From: an uncultured Desulfobacteraceae bacterium | GTDB taxonomy: Bacteria; Desulfobacterota; Desulfobacteria; Desulfobacterales; UBA11574 | Direction: 5' to 3' | NCBI GenBank assembly: GCA_964551515.1 | Contig: CAZKDT010000001.1 | Coordinates: forward strand, 1-36,460 | Length of the DNA: 36,460 bases | Part shown: piece after piece, positions 17,318-22,707 of the stretch | Layout of the letters: each line of letters starts with the position of its first letter | Numbering within the stretch: position 1 is the stretch's first letter | Translations under genes and position numbers: made by a program | Notes under the pieces: model-generated | The model's database searches: none | What the model saw: only the letters and a program-made list of their open reading frames with translations | What the model was told of the DNA's origin: nothing

Positions 17318-18030
17318 ATTTCTGCAACTTCTCAATAAGTTATGGTAGTAGACAAAATATTACCATTACGTTTTGTAAGGTGCTTATGGAATTTTAAAGT
17401 ATTTCTATAGAGAAAAGAAGAGAAAAATATTATCAAGGGTTCAAGGCATGTTGTCTAATCAGATCTGACAGATCCGGGATAAGTTCGGTATTTTCAATTC
17501 GATCTTTGAGATATTGCCAAAACGATACTCCCAATTTCCGACAAGTTTTTTTCAAGCTTGTAAATCTATCACGGCACTGACGATCAGACTCACTTCTGGT
17601 GTTACCACTGATTTTGCGTCTTTTAACAACTTTCGGAGGAGCAAATTCATCTTCAGGTGCTGCTTGCACATTTTGAAAAATACTTCGATGTCCCAGCGTT
17701 TGCCGTACAGCCTTATTATTTCTTCATCAGCTATGGAAATATCTGTTGATAAAAGCGCGAGCAAACCCGTTTTTTGTCACAGGAAACAAAAATGATTCTT
17801 GCTTTGTATCCGTCAGACCAACCAAGAGTGAGCATTCTGAAGCCCTTTAAATATTTCTTGCCCGTATGATCGAATACGCGGGAAAGAAGCTCAACTTTTT
17901 TGGAATACCATATTTTTTTTACTTTATGTAAAAAAAGAACTTGAAAGCTATTTTGCATTATGGTAGGCAGTCTCTTTGGTTTTTTACGCCCACATTTTTT
18001 ACTTAAAGACATTGAAAGGATTTTAATGAA
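17318..18030 (-). mobile_element. degraded IS (DDE_Tnp_1 / IS4-like transposase in at least 3 frames) with one surviving terminal arm
   Basis: Frame-shifted pieces read VFDHTGKKYLKGFRMLTLGWSDG, then IIRLYGKRWDIEVFFKMCKQHLK (the YxxRWxIE..F..K signature), then KKTCRKLGVSFWQYLKDRI. The arm aatttctgcaacttctcaataagttatgg (17318-17346) matches the F2 MITE arm at 26 of 29 positions. No second arm is present. Confidence 0.75.
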
Positions 18031-18471
18031 ATGACTCCAAAAAAAGAACTGCAATTCGCTTATGGCCTCATTATTATTCTATTTTTAGTGGGTGTTATAA
18101 GCTATGCAGCCTTTCCTGCCAAGACCCCGGATAAACCCATAAGAATAATGTACAAGGGAGTTGCAGGAAAAGTTTTATTTGACCACAAAACACATGCTTC
18201 AGAAGAGGGTTATGCTCTTTCCTGTAGCGACTGTCATCATCATCCCGAGGATGAGGACTCATCACTTCGAGCTTGCGGTGACTGCCATCAAGTCCCGGCG
18301 GAAGGCCAGGCATTGCCTGAATCTTGTACGGAATGTCATGATACTGATGAGGTCGAAGACACAGAAATCATAAAAAAGACTGATGCGTTTCATTCCCAAT
18401 GTGAGGAGTGCCATCAGGAAAGCGGAGCTGGTCCGGAAGAAAACAGATGCAGTTGGTGTCATGTCTCATAA
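18031..18471 (+). CDS. membrane-anchored multihaem cytochrome c (class III/c3-like, five CxxCH)
   Basis: It has an N-terminal hydrophobic helix (LIIILFLVGVISYAAF), the c3-type VLFDHKTH, and then CSDCH, CGDCH, CTECH, CEECH and CSWCH. The RBS GAAAGGA lies 10 nt upstream. Confidence 0.88.
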   Translation: MTPKKELQFAYGLIIILFLVGVISYAAFPAKTPDKPIRIMYKGVAGKVLFDHKTHASEEGYALSCSDCHHHPEDEDSSLRACGDCHQVPAEGQALPESCTECHDTDEVEDTEIIKKTDAFHSQCEECHQESGAGPEENRCSWCHVS

Positions 18472-18508
18472 GCCGTTTGCCGTATCGTTACCTGGAACGG
18501 CTTTTTTT
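18471..18508 (+). terminator. possible weak intrinsic terminator or attenuator between the cytochrome gene and rnfC
   Basis: A 7-bp stem (agccgtt / aacggct) encloses an 18-nt loop and is followed by TTTTTTT. The stem is short, so this may only be a partial terminator. Confidence 0.35.
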
Positions 18509-18551
18509 GTGTCCGATCACCTTAATACAGAAAAACAATATAGGTTAAACG

Positions 18552-19850
18552 ATGATAAAAAGATCCTTTATCGGTTTGGCAAAACCCAGGATAGAATATG
18601 AGGCTCTGGACGTTACCGTGCCGGAGCCCAAAATCATTCCAACTTCAAAAAAGGTTACGCTTTTATTAAACGAAATCTATGACCCGTTTGGCCAAAAAAA
18701 GGCTGTGTTATTAAAAAAGGATGATTCGGTTAAAACCGGTCAGAAGCTTTCTCTTTATGACGGCAGTGATGCCTATGTCATTTCCAGCGTTACCGGAACC
18801 ATATCTTCCATATCTTCTTTTTTGGGAGAATTTGGCCGTTCTTATACCGCCATTTCCATAGATGTTGCTGAAGATGAAGAGCTGGATGAACAATTCAAAG
18901 CCCTGTCCGTGGAACCTACCATGGATATTGCCAAAGATTATTTGTCGTTTATTCCCGGTGATCCACCGGCAAGTCTTTTTTCCAATGCCAGCACATCACC
19001 ATCCATAGATACCATCGTTATTTGCGGAGTTGATAGTGATTTATTAATTACCGCCAATCAGCATGCCCTGATGTCCGATGAAAAAGCAATCCAAAAAGGA
19101 GTTCGTATTTTAAAACAACTCACCGGAATTGAAAACATTATCATGGCCGCCCCTGAGCATCTGATGCAGAACGCTGGTGTAAGTGGCGCCCAGGTAAGCA
19201 TTGTGGATACAGAATATCCTGCGACACTTCCGCGCATGATCATGCAAAACGTCCTGGGAAAAGTGGTGCCTGCCGGAAAAAGCTGTGAAGATATGGGCGT
19301 ATGCTTTGTCAGTGCCGAGGCGATAGCCTCCATCGGCACAGCATTTGACCAGGGTCACATACCGCTTTTCAAAAAGTTCAACCTGATCAAAAAAGACGGA
19401 AACTCGGTAATGATATCGGCCCGAATTGGAACACCGGTCCATGAAATTTTTTCCGCCTGCGATGTTACCGTAAATGAAAAAGATCGTATTATCTTAGGCG
19501 GGCCCATGACCGGTTCTTCTATTTATTCGGAGCATCACCCCATTCAACCCGACACCGATGCCGTTATGATTCAGGACGGTAAAAACCTGGCGCTGGTTTC
19601 AGACTATCCGTGCATTAACTGCGGAGAATGTATTCGCATCTGTCCGGCAAAAATCCCGGTGAACATGCTGGTCCGATTTTTAGAAGCCGGACAATATGAA
19701 CAAGCCGCAGAAGATTACGATCTTTATTCCTGCGTTGAATGTGGTCTTTGCAGCTTTGTCTGCGTATCGAGAATGCCGATCTTGCATTATATAAAGTTGG
19801 CGAAGTATGAACTTGGCCGGATCAGTACAGCGGAGGCAACAAATGCTTAA
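18552..19850 (+). CDS. rnfC: RnfC-like subunit (2x[4Fe-4S]) with divergent flavin/NADH region
   Basis: It is collinear with RnfC/RsxC. GGPMTGSS, CINCGECIRICP and CVECGLCSFVC are retained, but the GxGGAGFP and ECEPY positions read GDPPASLF and VDSDLL. Confidence 0.85.
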   Translation: MIKRSFIGLAKPRIEYEALDVTVPEPKIIPTSKKVTLLLNEIYDPFGQKKAVLLKKDDSVKTGQKLSLYDGSDAYVISSVTGTISSISSFLGEFGRSYTAISIDVAEDEELDEQFKALSVEPTMDIAKDYLSFIPGDPPASLFSNASTSPSIDTIVICGVDSDLLITANQHALMSDEKAIQKGVRILKQLTGIENIIMAAPEHLMQNAGVSGAQVSIVDTEYPATLPRMIMQNVLGKVVPAGKSCEDMGVCFVSAEAIASIGTAFDQGHIPLFKKFNLIKKDGNSVMISARIGTPVHEIFSACDVTVNEKDRIILGGPMTGSSIYSEHHPIQPDTDAVMIQDGKNLALVSDYPCINCGECIRICPAKIPVNMLVRFLEAGQYEQAAEDYDLYSCVECGLCSFVCVSRMPILHYIKLAKYELGRISTAEATNA

Positions 19851-20802
19851 TCAGAAAAAATTCATCGTTTCACACGCCCCCTTCTGGCATGACGGGAGCA
19901 CAGTAACCGCCCGGAGTTATAATATGATAATTGCTGCGCTGCCTGCGGTGCTGTTTGGTTTTATGAGCTACGGCATCCCTGCGGTGGGTGTGATTTCACT
20001 CTCTATTTCCTCTGCCATTGTCTGGGAACTGTTGTTTAATAAAATATCAAAGCAAACGATCAGCATCGGAGACGGCAATGCAGCCCTGATCGGCATTCTG
20101 TTTGGGATGCTGTTGCCGGCGACATCTCCATGGTGGCTGGTTATAACCGGCACCTTTGTTGCCGTGGTTATCGGCAAACAGATATTCGGCGGGATCGGTG
20201 GCAATCCTTTCAACCCGGTCCTTGTCGGCCTTGCTATACTGATGCTGTCCTGGAAAGATTTTTTTGATTTTAATGAAGCTTTGATAAACTATGATCTCGG
20301 TTTTGCAATGGTCTACCCTCTTTCCGCCCTCAAACATTTAGGCACATCCGGTATTGATGCCTTCAACACAGCCGGTCTTCTGATGGGGCAGCAGTCAGGA
20401 GGCATCGGAGCAACCTTTGGACTGGGCCTTATCCTGGGCGGAATCTATCTTATCATCAGAGGGTTTATCAGATGGGAAATATCGGTATCATTCCTGGCCG
20501 GTGTATTTATAACCGCTCTGTTTTTCAATATTTCCGATCCTGCCCGTTACGCAGGACCTATTTTTCACCTTTTAACCGGTTATACACTGATCGGAGCGTT
20601 TTTTCTGGCCACGGAAGACTCTTCTTCACCGGTCAACTTTATTCCCATGCTTATTTATGGCGCCGGCGCCGGGATAATGACGGTGCTTATAAGAAATATC
20701 GGCGCCTATATTGATGGCGTAGTATTTGCCATCCTGCTGATGAATCTTGTAAATCCACTTTTGGACAAAATCAGGCCCAAAGCGCTTGGAAAGGTGGTTT
20801 AA
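19843..20802 (+). CDS. rnfD: RnfD subunit
   Basis: Polytopic, with GKQIFGGIGGNPFNP and FFLATEDSSSP (NqrB/RnfD family). The start is set at the ATG at 19843, with GGAGG 6 nt upstream and an 8-nt overlap with the rnfC stop. Confidence 0.9.
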   Translation: MLNQKKFIVSHAPFWHDGSTVTARSYNMIIAALPAVLFGFMSYGIPAVGVISLSISSAIVWELLFNKISKQTISIGDGNAALIGILFGMLLPATSPWWLVITGTFVAVVIGKQIFGGIGGNPFNPVLVGLAILMLSWKDFFDFNEALINYDLGFAMVYPLSALKHLGTSGIDAFNTAGLLMGQQSGGIGATFGLGLILGGIYLIIRGFIRWEISVSFLAGVFITALFFNISDPARYAGPIFHLLTGYTLIGAFFLATEDSSSPVNFIPMLIYGAGAGIMTVLIRNIGAYIDGVVFAILLMNLVNPLLDKIRPKALGKVV

Positions 20803-20803
20803 C

Positions 20804-21397
20804 ATGCGTGAATTGATAAAAATGGTTGTCGTTCTCACTGTTTTGGCCGCATTCTCCGGCGGCTTGCTTGCCGGTCTTCGGAATGGAACGGCTGCTCAGA
20901 TTGAAAAACAGCAACTTGAATTTGTTAAAGGACCCGCCATCAAGAAAATTCTTGAAGGTGTGTCCAATGATCCCATTTCCGACCGGTTTAAAATATCGGA
21001 TGGAGACATGGAAAGAAGTTTCTTCGTGGGCAAATTTGACGGCAAGGCCAAAATGGTTGCATTTGAAAGTTTCGGAAAAGGGTTTGCCGGTGAAGTTGGC
21101 CTGATGGTGGGTATCAACTTAGAGACCGATAAGATTGTCGGCATAGGGGTTACCACTCACAGTGAAACCCCCGGGCTGGGAGCAATGGCAAAAGATGATC
21201 CCGGTTTTGTCGCTCAATTTAAAGGTTTTTCTATAACTGAACCCATTAAAGTCACTAACGACGGCGGGCAGGTGAATGCAATCAGCGGCGCCACAATTAC
21301 TTCCCGGGCGGTTTGCGCGGCCGCTACCGACGCCGGCAAAGTGTATCAAAAGCTGAAACCCCAGGTTTCTGAAAAAATAAAGGAATTTAACAAATAG
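20804..21397 (+). CDS. rnfG: RnfG subunit (FMN-binding)
   Basis: It has an N-terminal anchor helix and the flavinylation motif SGATITS. The ATG at 20804 is 1 nt after the rnfD stop. Confidence 0.9.
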   Translation: MRELIKMVVVLTVLAAFSGGLLAGLRNGTAAQIEKQQLEFVKGPAIKKILEGVSNDPISDRFKISDGDMERSFFVGKFDGKAKMVAFESFGKGFAGEVGLMVGINLETDKIVGIGVTTHSETPGLGAMAKDDPGFVAQFKGFSITEPIKVTNDGGQVNAISGATITSRAVCAAATDAGKVYQKLKPQVSEKIKEFNK

Positions 21398-21407
21398 GGA
21401 GATCAAG

Positions 21408-21998
21408 ATGGCTAAGACGATCACTCAGGAATTTACCAAAGGATTGTGGGCGGAAATACCGCCGTTTCGGCTCGTGCTGGGTCTGTGTCCGGTGTTGGGT
21501 GTCACCACAACCATGGAAAATGGAATCGGAATGGGTTTGGCCACAACATTTGTCCTGTTATGTTCAAATATTCTGGTTTCGGCATTGAGAAACATCATTC
21601 CTCCAAAGGTAAGAATCGCCTGTTTTATCATCATTATTGCAACGTTCGTTATCGTCGTGGAACTGGTGATGCAGGCCTATGCTTATCGGCTGTTTCTCAA
21701 ACTGGGTTTGTTTATCCCCCTGATCGTGGTGAACTGTATTGTTCTGGGACGTGCCGAAGCATTTGCATCCAAAAACAATCTTCTGCTTTCAATGGCCGAC
21801 GGCCTGGGCATCGGCATTGGATTTACCCTTTCCCTGGCTGCGCTGGGTGCGATACGGGAGATTTTCGGAACCGGTACTTTTTTCGGGGCATCGGTATTCG
21901 GGGCTTCATACCAGCCCTTCACATTCATGATTCAGGCGCCGGGTGCATTTGTTAGTCTCGGGTTGATGCTTTGCATTATGAACCTGTTTGAGAAATAA
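21408..21998 (+). CDS. rnfE: RnfE subunit
   Basis: LVLGLCPVLGVTT and LIVVNCIVLGRAEAFA are typical of the RnfE/NqrD family. Confidence 0.92.
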   Translation: MAKTITQEFTKGLWAEIPPFRLVLGLCPVLGVTTTMENGIGMGLATTFVLLCSNILVSALRNIIPPKVRIACFIIIIATFVIVVELVMQAYAYRLFLKLGLFIPLIVVNCIVLGRAEAFASKNNLLLSMADGLGIGIGFTLSLAALGAIREIFGTGTFFGASVFGASYQPFTFMIQAPGAFVSLGLMLCIMNLFEK

Positions 21999-22012
21999 AG
22001 AGGAGAAGATAA

Positions 22013-22594
22013 ATGAACGAGCTGGGCTATTTCTCAATAATTATCAGCACAATTTTTGTTAACAACATTCTGCTGGCCAAGTTTCTGGGCAACTGTCCGT
22101 TTCTTGGCACATCAAAGAAAATGGAAACTGCTGTGGGTATGGCCATGGCAGTAGTTTTTGTCCTGGTGATGGCAGGAGCCATTACATGGGTGATCTACCA
22201 TCTATTTTTGGTGCCGTTTGATCTGGTATATCTCAGAACCATCGCATTTATCCTGGTCATTGCATCTCTTGTTCAGTTTGTTGAGTTGTTCCTGAAAAAA
22301 AGCATTCCCGCCCTGTATGCCGGACTCGGCATCTTCTTGCCGCTGATTACGACGAACTGTGCGGTGTTGGGCGCTTGTGTCATAAACATCGATGAAGAAT
22401 TAGGCTTTATGAAGTCGCTTGTCGCATCGTTTGGGTTTGCCGTGGGTTTCGGTGTTGCGCTGATTCTTTTTGCAGGTGTCCGAGAACGAATTCTTTTGGC
22501 CAGGGTTCCAAAACCGTTCCAGGATACGTCCATCGGACTGATCACCGCCGGAATTCTTTCTCTTACATTTTTTGCTTTTAAAGGGATGGTGTAA
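22013..22594 (+). CDS. rnfA: RnfA subunit
   Basis: LGNCPFLGTSKK and LPLITTNCAVLG are typical of the RnfA/NqrE family. Confidence 0.92.
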   Translation: MNELGYFSIIISTIFVNNILLAKFLGNCPFLGTSKKMETAVGMAMAVVFVLVMAGAITWVIYHLFLVPFDLVYLRTIAFILVIASLVQFVELFLKKSIPALYAGLGIFLPLITTNCAVLGACVINIDEELGFMKSLVASFGFAVGFGVALILFAGVRERILLARVPKPFQDTSIGLITAGILSLTFFAFKGMV

Positions 22595-22596
22595 GG

Positions 22597-22659
22597 ATTG
22601 ATGGTTGTTGATTGAAGAATTGTCGGATCATCTATTAGAAAAAATAGAATTCCATCAAT
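22597..22659. other. nested AT-rich palindrome in the rnfA-rnfB spacer
   Basis: attgatgg (22597-22604) pairs with ccatcaat (22652-22659), and there is an inner tctat/ataga hairpin. Further tcaat/attga copies run up to the rnfB RBS. Confidence 0.4.
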
Positions 22660-22707
22660 TTTCAATATTAAAGAGTCAATCATCAATATGTAAATAAGGA
22701 GGTCAAT

